Positions 9,194 to 18,005 are shown, numbered from the stretch's first letter. The stretch: 32,000 nt of DNA from Planctopirus limnophila DSM 3776 (GCF_000092105.1 NC_014148.1:5220001-5252000); one strand, 5' to 3'. Notes: generated by a model from the letters alone, not told the origin. A program made the numbers and translations.

Positions 9194-9730
9194 ATGACTG
9201 AACTGGGAATGATCTTATCAGTGGTACCCGCCATGCTGTCACAAAGTTCAAACTTTATCGCCCTAAATGCTCAAAAGCGTCGTCGCGAGATCACAACGCA
9301 CTGGCTGACCTGGATGTTGTGCTGTCTGGGATTTTTATTGGCACACGGAAAAGTTGGTGCGGCAGATGAACCATCAATTGACAAAACTCCGCCGGTCAAG
9401 ATTCAGCCGCAAGAGGCCCGGAAGTTTATCGGGCAGAACGTGGAAGTGACGTTCCTGGTCAAAGCCGCCAAATACTCGGAGAAACGGAAGACGGTCTATC
9501 TCGATTCCGAAGCAAACTTCCATCTCGAAACGAATCTGGGAATTGCCATTGATGAGCAGGGGATCTTCCTCCTCAAGGATGTCGAGAAAATCGAGTCACC
9601 AGCAGATCACTTCCGTGGCAAAGCGATTCGAGTCACAGGTTTTCTCATTCTCGAAGACGAGCGGCCATATATCCGAGTGACGAGTTCCCGCCAGATCTCA
9701 GTCATTCCTCAGCCTGCTCCAAAACCGTAA
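9194..9730 (+). CDS. Secreted hypothetical protein with an OB-fold-like domain
   Basis: Signal peptide (KRRREITTHWLTWMLCCLGFLLAHGKVGA/AD). The mature part, EARKFIGQNVEVTFLVKAAKYSEKRKTVYLDSEANF...FRGKAIRVTGFLILEDERPYIRVTSSRQISVI, follows the pattern of small secreted OB-fold domains (A.khiG..V.V.g.V......g...fLn......f...i.......y.Gk.i.V.G.i....g.P.I.v....qi.v). The start codon is ambiguous, with several Met residues between 9194 and 9233. Confidence 0.6.
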   Translation: MTELGMILSVVPAMLSQSSNFIALNAQKRRREITTHWLTWMLCCLGFLLAHGKVGAADEPSIDKTPPVKIQPQEARKFIGQNVEVTFLVKAAKYSEKRKTVYLDSEANFHLETNLGIAIDEQGIFLLKDVEKIESPADHFRGKAIRVTGFLILEDERPYIRVTSSRQISVIPQPAPKP

Positions 9731-9788
9731 CTGCAATTGCCATTCAGGTCATTGGTTCCTTAAGCGAAACCATCGCAAGCTGTGGAGT

Positions 9789-10760
9789 ATGGGAATGTCG
9801 CGCAAGGCATTTACACTGATTGAACTGCTCGTGGTCATAGCCATTATTGCCGTGTTAATTGCTTTGTTGCTGCCTGCGGTACAACAAGCTCGCGAAGCGG
9901 CCCGCAGGACGCAGTGCCGCAATCAACTCAAACAATTGGGCCTGGCCGTTCACAATTATGAATCTTCGTTCGGGTGTTTGCCTCCCGGACAGATTCGGAT
10001 CGATTTTGCCACATCGCCACGCGTGCGCGGCTGGTCGTTGTTTGTGCAGTTGTTGCCTCAGTTTGACCAGGCGCCGCTGTACAATTCGTGGGATTTTGCT
10101 GATCCCCTAGCCAATGCGAATGGGGGAGCGAGTTCACGAACAGCCACCATCTTGCCGATGTTACTCTGCCCTTCAGATATCATTCCTCAAAATCCGGTGG
10201 TTTCATCGACGCGGTACTATGCCATCAGCAGTTACGGTGGGAATGGTGGTTCTCAGACACACCCACCCGCGGCCATTCGAGGAGATGGCGTGTTCGCATC
10301 CAGCGGTTCTTCAACGCCGACTTTCCCGCTGGTACGAATCAAAGACATTACTGACGGTACGACAGCAACACTGCTCTTTGGCGAACGTAATCATGTCGAT
10401 CGCAACTACGATACGTATGCGGCTCAAGGTTCCACCTGGGCTCTCGAACCGATGGGACAGTACGGCTGGTGGGCCCCTTCCGGCGGTATGTTTGGATTGA
10501 GTGATGTCACTCTCAGTACACTTGCACCTGTCAATTATTCAATTCCCGTTGCTTTCGGGCAGGCTGGTGCGGCCGATCAGACGACGTTTGTCAACGACTG
10601 GGATCCAAAACGTGTCGGGGCCCTGGGAAGTCAGCACACCGGGGGTTGTCATGCGGCGTTATGCGATGGCTCCGTTCGATTTCTGTCTGAGAACATGGAT
10701 CGACTGGTGCTGGTAAGATTAGGCACACGCAGTGGCGGTGAGACTATCGGTGAGTTTTAG
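9789..10760 (+). CDS. DUF1559 protein: prepilin-type N-terminal cleavage/methylation signal plus C-terminal H-X9-DG motif (paralogue 1)
   Basis: N-terminus [59 protein letters not shown] (type IV pilin-like class III signal). C-terminal HTGGCHAALCDGSVRFLSENMD is exactly H-X9-DG. Confidence 0.92.
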   Translation: MGMSRKAFTLIELLVVIAIIAVLIALLLPAVQQAREAARRTQCRNQLKQLGLAVHNYESSFGCLPPGQIRIDFATSPRVRGWSLFVQLLPQFDQAPLYNSWDFADPLANANGGASSRTATILPMLLCPSDIIPQNPVVSSTRYYAISSYGGNGGSQTHPPAAIRGDGVFASSGSSTPTFPLVRIKDITDGTTATLLFGERNHVDRNYDTYAAQGSTWALEPMGQYGWWAPSGGMFGLSDVTLSTLAPVNYSIPVAFGQAGAADQTTFVNDWDPKRVGALGSQHTGGCHAALCDGSVRFLSENMDRLVLVRLGTRSGGETIGEF

Positions 10761-11128
10761 ACATTCGAAGCCGTGATGAGCATTGCGATGGGCGTTCTCT
10801 TGCAGAAATTGGGACTTTTCTTTGGCTGATTGGCATCGAATGACGAGTTTCGAGTGAAAATTCCCGGCATTGAACTCGGGACTGTTGCCTGTCTTAGGGA
10901 TGGCGGGCACGATAGAAGGTGCTTTTATTGCCCTCGCCCGATTTTTCAGTGAAAGTCAATGCTGTGGTTCACGGTTCGAACTTCGCTCACCGCGGTACAT
11001 TTTATTCTCACTCCCATCGTCAGAATGAAACTTTCCCTCGGCAGTCGTCAGATGCTTTTCATTCCGCATGGTCTTCTCATGCAGCGTCCAGCAATAGATT
11101 CTGGGGCAGTTCGGTTCAGTTGGCCCAC

Positions 11129-12898
11129 ATGGTCAGTGTCTGGAGTTTCGCGATTCTTTGCCTGATCGTATTGAGTGGGTGCCCTGCCAAAACCCCTGTC
11201 AACAAAGAGAGCGAACCATCGGCCCAGGCCGACAAATCGGTTGGTACTGCCCGGCAGACCGCCAAAATTCTGGACGGAGCCCTCCATCAGTTACGGCCTG
11301 AAAATCTGGGCATTGATTCCGATTTGAAGACAGCTATCCCTGTGCTCAATACGTGGATCAAGATCCGCAAGGAATCAGAAGCTTTGCCGACCGTTTCTGA
11401 AAAGACGTTAGCGTTCTTCGGTGAAGCTCAGAAAGAGATACTGGAATCGGTCATCTTTGATAATGCCGACGGCACTCACATTCGCGACTCGATTCTCTTT
11501 GACGAAGTCGCAGGACATGTCACCACAGGTGCCAGCAGCGATACCGAGCGTGTGAACCGCGTATTTTTCTACTGTCTGAGAAACGTCAGCCTGCTGAGCG
11601 AAAGTGAAGAAGAGCTGCCACTGGGCGCTTACGACAGTTTGTTTCTGGGACGTGGAACGGCGTTAGCCCGGGCCAGTGTGTTTTTTGAAATTATGCGGCA
11701 ACTACGCATTGATGCGTTCGTGCTCGCAGAAAAACCAGTCGATGCTCTGGGCGAAGAGTGGTTGATCGGTGTGCTGGTCGATGGAAAAGTACTGGTCTAT
11801 GACCCGATCATTGGCTTGCCGATTCCACCTGGCAAATCGCCTTCACTGCTGGTGAACCAACCTGTGGCGACATTGGCAGAACTGGAAGCTCATCCCGAGT
11901 GGTTGGCTCTCCTCTCGCCACGTAAAGATCAGCCTTATCGTCTCAGCACAGAAAGTGTGGCCAAGCTTAAACCGATGGTTGTGACAGATCCCCGCTGGTC
12001 GGCCCGGAGAATGTTGTTTCTGCAGGAATCACTGACAGGAAATAACTCTTCGCTGGTCGCACAGGCGCTCTTTGGTGGCGAAGGCGAGCCGGGATTGTGG
12101 GATCGAGTATCTGGCAGCCACTCCCGTTGGAAAGAGTTACCACCTGTTGCCTGGCCATATCCTGAAAATCGGCTGCAGAAAATGGGCAAAATGACACCCA
12201 CGATGGCACAACTGCTGCAAGATTCTTTCCGACCCTTTGAAGCACCCGTCGAAATGGTGGTCGATCCGAAAACAAAGCAGATGTCAGTGGGTTCCTCGCT
12301 TTTTCGCCAGTTCCGCACACGAATTTTGCAGTTGGGGGGAGAATACTCCCAGGCGATCTCTGCTTATGTGACAATCCGGCAACTTTCGGCAATACCTGGT
12401 GCCTATCCACCGAATATTGAGCGAGTGCATTTGATTGCAGCCGAAGATGCCTTTTTCTTCAGTGCCATCAGCAAAATTGAAGATGGAGACATCAAGGGTG
12501 GCGTGGCTTTGCTGACGGAATACATCAATCGATACCGCACCAGAGGACGATGGCGATCAGTTGCCAGAGTCGCGTTGGTCGATGGCATGCTCGAACTGGG
12601 CGACCTTAAGGGAGCGAGAAACGCTCTCGATCTGCCGATTTCGCAGGATCCTTATCGCACCTTGGTGACATTGATCAAGAACTCGCTGCCTGCCGCGAAT
12701 GAGGCGGAATCCAAAGCTCCAGCAGGCGAAGGTCAACCGGCGGCGGTTAAGCCTGCCGACAGTCAGCCTGTTGAAACAAAACCAGCCGCAGCAAAAACAG
12801 AACCAGCAGCAGACAAGGCCACCGAACCACCGGCGACGGAACCCAAACCAAACGAACAAAAGTCCGAAGAACCAAAGCCAGAAGAAGCCCGCAGCTGA
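11129..12898 (+). CDS. Large lipoprotein of unknown function with a P/A/E/K-rich C-terminal tail
   Basis: The in-frame Met at 11129 gives MVSVWSFAILCLIVLSGCPAK, a lipobox L-S-G-C. The 70 upstream codons of the longest ORF (from 10919) look non-protein-like. A central segment resembles a degenerate transglutaminase-like core, and the C-terminal half is helical-repeat-like. The last roughly 70 aa are low-complexity (KPAAAKTEPAADKATEPPATEPKPNEQKSEEPKPEE). Confidence 0.7.
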   Translation: MVSVWSFAILCLIVLSGCPAKTPVNKESEPSAQADKSVGTARQTAKILDGALHQLRPENLGIDSDLKTAIPVLNTWIKIRKESEALPTVSEKTLAFFGEAQKEILESVIFDNADGTHIRDSILFDEVAGHVTTGASSDTERVNRVFFYCLRNVSLLSESEEELPLGAYDSLFLGRGTALARASVFFEIMRQLRIDAFVLAEKPVDALGEEWLIGVLVDGKVLVYDPIIGLPIPPGKSPSLLVNQPVATLAELEAHPEWLALLSPRKDQPYRLSTESVAKLKPMVVTDPRWSARRMLFLQESLTGNNSSLVAQALFGGEGEPGLWDRVSGSHSRWKELPPVAWPYPENRLQKMGKMTPTMAQLLQDSFRPFEAPVEMVVDPKTKQMSVGSSLFRQFRTRILQLGGEYSQAISAYVTIRQLSAIPGAYPPNIERVHLIAAEDAFFFSAISKIEDGDIKGGVALLTEYINRYRTRGRWRSVARVALVDGMLELGDLKGARNALDLPISQDPYRTLVTLIKNSLPAANEAESKAPAGEGQPAAVKPADSQPVETKPAAAKTEPAADKATEPPATEPKPNEQKSEEPKPEEARS

Positions 12899-12995
12899 AG
12901 CCTTATCAACACAAATCGGTTAATGATGCAGTTCTTTGTATTTCAAGGCGTTCGTGCTGAGTTCCTGGAGACGTTGACCGGTTCTATCTTCCCGA

Positions 12996-13823
12996 TCAAT
13001 TGTTCGCACCACCTGATTCCCAGCCAGCAACGACTGCATCAGGAGCGAGGACGAAGATCTCGACGCGGCGATTCTTCTGGCGATTCTTGTCGTCGGAATT
13101 AGGTGCCAGCGGTTGGAACAGGCTATACCCTGCAGCACCCATCCGCTGTTCAGCTAAACCCGATTTTTTGAGTGCCAGCACCACCGAGTTTGCGCGATCG
13201 GTCGAGAGATGCCAGTTGGTGGGATGTTTATCAGCCACCGCCTTCCGCGAGATGGGTTTGTCGTCAGTATGCCCGACAACCAGCACCTTCAAATGTTTGG
13301 AATCAGCACTGTTCATAATGCGGGCAAATTCCTGCAACAGGGCGTAGGCTTCGGGTCGAATCTCATCACTTCCTGAGGCAAAGAGCAGATTCTCCTGGAA
13401 CTTGCTGACACCCGTCTGAGGATCAAATTCGAAATCGGGGTATTTGCGGCGAAGCTCTTCCATGCGTTGATTGGCATCTGTCGAGAGTGGGTTTTTCGAA
13501 CTGCTGGTCAGCATGTTCTTGACTTTGTCTTCCAGACTCGAGTTGGCTGCCAGCATGTTATCCACCCGCTGATTGGCGAGTTCGAGTCCATTGCGAAGTG
13601 TCGCGTTTTGCTGTTCGAGCTGTACCTTTTCAGCCATGAGTTGAGACAGATTGCCCTGGAACTGATTGCGTTCCATCGCCAGTCCCTGGTACTGCTGGTA
13701 GAGCTGACGGGAGTGCAGCTGGCTCTGGCGCAGCATCCTCTTTTCACGGCAGTGACAGCCGCTCTGCATCGCGACAACGAGGCAAAGAATGGCGAGAACG
13801 AAGCAACGTAAATACGGGCCCAT
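12996..13823 (-). CDS. OmpA/MotB-family peptidoglycan-binding lipoprotein with an N-terminal coiled coil
   Basis: Lipobox VAMQSGC. Q/L-rich coiled-coil segment. The C-terminal OmpA_C-like domain reads LKVLVVGHTDDKPI...NWHLSTDRANSVVLALKKSGLAEQRMGAAGYSLFQPLAPN...NRQKNRRVEIFVL. Confidence 0.87.
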   Translation of the reverse strand: MGPYLRCFVLAILCLVVAMQSGCHCREKRMLRQSQLHSRQLYQQYQGLAMERNQFQGNLSQLMAEKVQLEQQNATLRNGLELANQRVDNMLAANSSLEDKVKNMLTSSSKNPLSTDANQRMEELRRKYPDFEFDPQTGVSKFQENLLFASGSDEIRPEAYALLQEFARIMNSADSKHLKVLVVGHTDDKPISRKAVADKHPTNWHLSTDRANSVVLALKKSGLAEQRMGAAGYSLFQPLAPNSDDKNRQKNRRVEIFVLAPDAVVAGWESGGANN

Positions 13824-13904
13824 GGAAGGACTCCTGAGACGACAAACTCAAGATCCCGGCAGTCTTCAGTCAGACAGAAGGCTGATTTTCCGGAACAGGT
13901 TTAC

Positions 13905-14110
13905 CAATGGATGGAAGGCGAAAGGTTGGACAGGAATTGAGGAATACAGGCAGGGATCAAAGTGAGAGCAGAAGGCGAGAAAGAAATGAAACTACAGCCA
14001 GAGATGGCGGATAGCTTTCGATGATGAACAGGTTTGATGAACAGGAAAGGTGAAGGCGTAAGCAGAAGAGAATTCGGAAGCAAGAAGACGAGAGATGAGG
14101 AGGGTGAAAG
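13905..14110 (+). other. Purine-rich (A/G) noncoding tract inside a 555-nt gene-free gap. It contains an 11-nt direct repeat.
   Basis: My hand count gives 64 of 80 bases as A or G in 13911-13990 and 58 of 70 in 14041-14110. The direct repeat TGATGAACAGG occurs at 14022-14032 and 14035-14045. The only ORFs here are S/L/F/P-rich pyrimidine-strand artefacts. Confidence 0.7.
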
Positions 14111-14290
14111 GCATTAACTTGAGTCAATTTTCGAGGCCAGCGGCCAAAATGACCGATCTGGTAGAGCAAGATGTAAGAGAATCGGCGGATTTTGCCAAGT
14201 CGAGTTCTCAAGAAACTCGCCAGTGTGAGATAAGCTCTGATTTTCCAGCGATTTATGCCGATCGATGGCAAGATGTCTTTACGTGACCCA

Positions 14291-14332
14291 CAATAAAAAG
14301 TGGGCCTGGCAACGAATTGACAGACCCACTTT
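14291..14332 (-). terminator. Probable intrinsic terminator downstream of the 63-aa gene
   Basis: Minus-strand reading: AAAGTGGGTCTG-tcaattcgttgc-CAGGCCCACTTT followed by TTATTG. This is a 12-bp stem with one mismatch, and its 3' arm runs into a T-rich stretch (CTTTTTATT). It begins about 47 nt after the stop at 14379. Confidence 0.55.
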
Positions 14333-14378
14333 GGGAGTACGAGTGCTGATCACTCAGGATTTTGTCAAATCCTGACGA

Positions 14379-14570
14379 TTAGCGGCTGCCACGGAACCAC
14401 TCGCGGATCCGCTCGTTTTTGCGGCGTTCGAGTTCCATCAGGCGGGCAAAGAATCCTGTACGGGTGGTACGGTTGTTGACAACTTCCATGCGGGCGTCGG
14501 CCGCTTCAATCTGGCCACCCAGAACGAGGCTGGCGGACATGACCAGAGCAGCAAAAGCAGTGCGAAGCAT
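14379..14570 (-). CDS. Small secreted protein (63 aa), unknown function
   Basis: Signal peptide MLRTAFAALVMSASLVLGGQIEA/AD followed by a basic, probably helical peptide (FFARLMELERRKNERIREWFRGSR). A terminator-like hairpin lies downstream. No family recognised. Confidence 0.5.
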   Translation of the reverse strand: MLRTAFAALVMSASLVLGGQIEAADARMEVVNNRTTRTGFFARLMELERRKNERIREWFRGSR

Positions 14571-14831
14571 TGAATTGATTCCTTAGTTCGATCCATCGAT
14601 CTCTTCTCGGCGATTCATGCCGAAAACACAGTGGGAATATCGACGTTTTGTCCATTCGTCTGAGAATCCCGTTGCTGATCAAGCTGCTAAACGACTTGTC
14701 CCCTCACCAAAATGTCGAATTTGCGGGTTGTAATGACACCCGTCATGCGGTGTCTTGCAGCACCTAATTCATTGCCTGAGAATCTCTTAAGGGTATTCAA
14801 GTAAAGCAGCGAGCCTTGGGGCAAACTGGAA

Positions 14832-15719
14832 TCAGGTCTCGTTGGGCGACTTATGTTCTGGAGATGACTGCTGCGAGAATTCGTTGAGCATGAAGAGCAG
14901 CGATTTGTTGTCGAGGAACGGCTTGTAGCCGAAGGTCGAAAAGAAGACCTTCCCGGCGGGATTGATGAGGAAGGTTCCATGTTTCAGATCGGACGGACGT
15001 TCAGCCGTTTCCGGGATAAAGACTCCATACTGCTGGGCAATCTTGTTCTCAGGATCTGACAAGACGGTAAAGTTGAATGCGCCGTATTCCTCAAAGCGGG
15101 CTTTGGTCTCTTCGGGGGGATCGGCACTGATCGCCACGATCCGGGCACCCAGTTCCTGAAAGTACTTCAGGTCTTCCTGAAGTCCAAAGAGTTGTGCGAC
15201 ACAATGACTGCAGTCGTAACCATAGTAAAAGACAAGAACGACCGGGCCTTGAGCGAGCGTTTCCTGCAAGGAGACCAGCTGCCCTTCGTGGTTCTTTAAC
15301 TGGAAATCTGGGGCCGGCTGCTTCAGCAAAGGATGGGGACGCGATTCGGCCACAATGAACTGTCCATCAGCCAGCAGTTCACGCAAAGGTTCGGAGAGCC
15401 TGGGCTTCTTGACCGCCTCCAGGTAAGCCTCAGCATCCTGTTTGATGTTCCCCGTGGGGATCAACCCATACTTGAGACAAATCTCCCGGCACTGCTCCAG
15501 CACCTGGAGAGATGCGCTTTGAGAAGGGGTCGGAGTGAGCAGATGATAGGTAAAGATCACCCCATAGAAGCTCACGATCACCGCTGCAATGACAAGAAAC
15601 ACCCTCCGACGAAAACGGGTTTGCTGCTGTCGTAGAAGTGCCGTATTTGAGGCTGAGTCAGGAGTGTCAATCGTAGACATAAAACGTTTCCCTGGGTGTA
15701 GCCAGTTGATGAATGACAA
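14832..15719 (-). CDS. Membrane-anchored thioredoxin-fold protein (AhpC/TSA-Redoxin/TlpA-like) with a CSHC active site
   Basis: N-terminal TM anchor (VFLVIAAVIVSFYGVIFTYHLL). The redoxin core reads PAPDFQLKNHEGQLVSLQETLAQGPVVLVFYYGYDCSHCVAQLFGLQEDLKYFQELGARIVAISADPPEE...FTVLSDPENKIAQQYGV. Confidence 0.85.
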   Translation of the reverse strand: MSFINWLHPGKRFMSTIDTPDSASNTALLRQQQTRFRRRVFLVIAAVIVSFYGVIFTYHLLTPTPSQSASLQVLEQCREICLKYGLIPTGNIKQDAEAYLEAVKKPRLSEPLRELLADGQFIVAESRPHPLLKQPAPDFQLKNHEGQLVSLQETLAQGPVVLVFYYGYDCSHCVAQLFGLQEDLKYFQELGARIVAISADPPEETKARFEEYGAFNFTVLSDPENKIAQQYGVFIPETAERPSDLKHGTFLINPAGKVFFSTFGYKPFLDNKSLLFMLNEFSQQSSPEHKSPNET

Positions 15720-15807
15720 TGATCATTCTTCAGCATGACAGTTTCAGCAAATGAATGAACAGAGCTCGGAGAAAATTCGTAATCGATCGCTTCCAGCCAG
15801 GTCGTAA

Positions 15808-16230
15808 TTACTTCGTTTGAGTATTGATATCGAGATCAATCACTCGATCTGTGGGCTTCCAGTTCAGCATAATCGTCGAGGTTTCGGGCTTAAGAAATTC
15901 CTTTCGAATTCGCACAGGGGCTCCCGCCGACTCGATGGTGCACTGGTATTCTCCCGGGGGAAGGCTTAAGGGGCCCACCGCTTTCGGCTGAACCAGTGCA
16001 AACCAGCCATCGTCGCGGGTGGTGCCAAACCCGCAAAGTCGGAAACTGCTGCCCTCTTTCTGGTAGAGCGAGATTTGAATTTCACTGACTGTTTGCCCAT
16101 CCAGACGGAGAACACCTTCGGTACCGCCGCTAATCGGCTGGGGGCCACAACCGTGGAAAACTGTGGCCATCATCAGGACAAGACAAACGGCAATCTTCCT
16201 GAGGTTTGAAATCGTGACTGTCGAATACAT
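15808..16230 (-). CDS. Small lipoprotein with a carboxypeptidase-regulatory-like (transthyretin-like beta-sandwich) domain
   Basis: The Met at 16230 gives MYSTVTISNLRKIAVCLVLMMATVFHGCGP (lipobox). GVLRLDGQTVSEIQISLYQ...GFGTTRDDGWFALV...LPPGEYQCTIES fits the G-x-V-x-x-d-G-x-P ... T-d-x-x-G-x-F ... G-x-Y pattern of these domains, which in Planctomycetes commonly sit next to DUF1559 genes. The longest ORF extends to 16326. Confidence 0.6.
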   Translation of the reverse strand: MYSTVTISNLRKIAVCLVLMMATVFHGCGPQPISGGTEGVLRLDGQTVSEIQISLYQKEGSSFRLCGFGTTRDDGWFALVQPKAVGPLSLPPGEYQCTIESAGAPVRIRKEFLKPETSTIMLNWKPTDRVIDLDINTQTK

Positions 16231-16342
16231 GTCAATTCTTCTTGGATGGGGATGAATACTCATGGCATTGCATTGTGCGGCCATTCTCAAAGAGGGCTGG
16301 CGGTTTGTGGGTTTCGTTTTCAGCATGTGTGGATTGAACGAA

Positions 16343-17812
16343 CTAAGAAGCCAGCCCCAGCCAGTTTCGTAGTGGTGGAATTCTTCTCAGAATGACTCGT
16401 TCAATCAGCAGGACAGCCAGCAGCGAGACTCCGAACATGGGGAGCAGAATCCCCAAAAGGATCACGAAAAGCATGAAGGGTAGGGCAAAAAGGACTTCAT
16501 GACGCATCGCGATTTTTGATTCGGCAGGGGCACCTAACGTGCTTGGCGCTCGTCGTCGCCACCACATCAGTGGCCCCGTACAGGACAACAGGATCAGGCC
16601 AAGAGCCGTAAGTAAGCCGAGAAGTTGATTGGGCCAACCAAACAGTCGTCCTTCATGGAGGGCAATTCCAATACTGACAACGCGATCAATCCAGTGACGA
16701 TCAGAGAAAGTTTCGCGAGAGAGAATCGAACCTTGCATGGCGTCGATTTTCAGAGTCTCCCGCCAGGGACGATTCGCAGTCATTGATTTCACGGTCCAGG
16801 GCTGTCGCTCAGAAGCGGGTGGAGTCAAGATCACGGGATGTGGCAACTGGAGCGGCTCCACGACTTGTACAACGAGTGGCAACTGCGCCAACGTTTCGGG
16901 CGAGACCGGGGCGGCATTTCGTCTTCTGTTCGAGCGATCCGACTTTGTGGGAGATTCTCCGGCGTTCGAGCTGGATTCTCGTGAGGCATGCCCGGCATGT
17001 TCGCCATCAGCAGTTGTGGGAACGGTGGGTGATGCCTGTTTGGCCCCGGAAGTAACGGGTCGTGTCTGAGGGTTCTCCGAGCGATTCGACCAATCCTGCT
17101 GTGCGACGGACGTGCCCGTGAGCTTGCGGATCTCACGGAAGTAATCACCCCAGAAGTGAGACCATGGCAAACCGGAAACCAGCAGAATGAGTGCAAAGGC
17201 GGAGATCCAGAATCCCGTGACTCCATGCAGATCGCGGAGAAAACGCTGCCTTCCACTTGTGAAACGAGGGTAGAGAATCCCGCCGAAGCCACGCAGATGA
17301 CGGGGCCACCAGAGATAGAGTCCCGTAAGAATCATGATGATTGTCCAGGATGCAGCGAGCTCAACCAGATGAGAACCGTCCTCTCCAAGCATCAGTTCAC
17401 CATGCAACCGGAATATCTGGCGCATGAGTCGATCCTGTTCGGGAACTGCATGCAAAATGGCCAGCGTCTGTGGATGTACATAGATCCGCCAGTTCTTGCC
17501 GGCATCGCTGACGACAATTCGACTGGCATGATGGGGTAAGACGGGAAGCTCATAAGAAACAAAACGACTCTCTGGCTTTGACGCGAGAGCCGCTTGAACT
17601 TGCTCTGACAGACTTGCTGGCTGACCAGTCAGCACCAGATGGTTGTATGGCTGATCGAGCCAGTCTTCGATCTCGGCTTTGAAGAGATAGACGATTCCCG
17701 AGAGTGACAGAATGATGACAAACGGGACCGTGAAAAGCCCTGCATAGAAGTGCCATCGCCAGACAGTGCGATAGGCAGGCAATGCATATCTGAAGAATTC
17801 GCTGGTAGACAT
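16343..17812 (-). CDS. PepSY-associated TM-helix protein (PiuB/FoxB-like iron-regulated membrane protein family)
   Basis: The N-terminal YRTVWRWHFYAGLFTVPFVIILSLSGIVYLF, the later FLRDLHGVTGFWISAFALILLVSGL and the C-terminal IGIALHEGRLFGWPNQLLGLLTALGLILLSCTGPLMWWRRR are hallmark PepSY_TM repeats (conserved H residues preceding TM helices). Confidence 0.88.
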   Translation of the reverse strand: MSTSEFFRYALPAYRTVWRWHFYAGLFTVPFVIILSLSGIVYLFKAEIEDWLDQPYNHLVLTGQPASLSEQVQAALASKPESRFVSYELPVLPHHASRIVVSDAGKNWRIYVHPQTLAILHAVPEQDRLMRQIFRLHGELMLGEDGSHLVELAASWTIIMILTGLYLWWPRHLRGFGGILYPRFTSGRQRFLRDLHGVTGFWISAFALILLVSGLPWSHFWGDYFREIRKLTGTSVAQQDWSNRSENPQTRPVTSGAKQASPTVPTTADGEHAGHASRESSSNAGESPTKSDRSNRRRNAAPVSPETLAQLPLVVQVVEPLQLPHPVILTPPASERQPWTVKSMTANRPWRETLKIDAMQGSILSRETFSDRHWIDRVVSIGIALHEGRLFGWPNQLLGLLTALGLILLSCTGPLMWWRRRAPSTLGAPAESKIAMRHEVLFALPFMLFVILLGILLPMFGVSLLAVLLIERVILRRIPPLRNWLGLAS

Positions 17813-17943
17813 CTTCTTAATCGACCTCTCTTCGGAAAGCAGATCTCAGCCCGGCCTTCCCACGCAAAAAAACTGTGTACAACGGCATGCACCAGGATGA
17901 GGCATAGGCCTTGCTCATATACTTGAAAAAGTCTATGAGAAAG

Positions 17944-17983
17944 GGTGCTGTTCTCTACATCTGGTTATGTAGAGAACAGCACC
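17944..17983 (-). terminator. Perfect 17-bp stem hairpin immediately downstream of DUF1559 paralogue 2. Probably an operon terminator.
   Basis: ggtgctgttctctacat (17944-17960), loop ctggtt, atgtagagaacagcacc (17967-17983). On the minus strand it is followed by CTTTCTCATAGACTTTTTC, which is only moderately T-rich. It lies 23 nt after the stop at 18006. Confidence 0.6.
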
Positions 17984-18005
17984 ATCAGCAAGCCCTGTTC
18001 AGTGA

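Noticed and set aside
10919-11128. 70-codon N-terminal extension of the 659-aa ORF
   Set aside because: The extension (MLLLPSPDFSVKVNAVVHGSNFAHRGTFYSHSHRQ...) has no signal or fold-like character. The in-frame Met at 11129 begins a textbook lipoprotein signal peptide. A GGTTCGAA string here made me check for a tRNA, but no cloverleaf stems can be drawn.
13901-14271. 60-aa and 104-aa minus-strand ORFs within the purine-rich gap
   Set aside because: Their S/L/F/P-dominated translations follow directly from reading a pyrimidine-rich strand. There are no start context or domain features.
16231-16326. Longer starts for the small lipoprotein (16326), DUF1559 paralogue 3 (20308), the Cys-rich protein (22509) and the HTH regulator (9234)
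   Set aside because: In each case an internal Met immediately precedes the functional N-terminal element (lipobox signal, prepilin signal, TM anchor or HTH). The upstream residues look non-native. The longest-ORF coordinates remain possible but are less likely.
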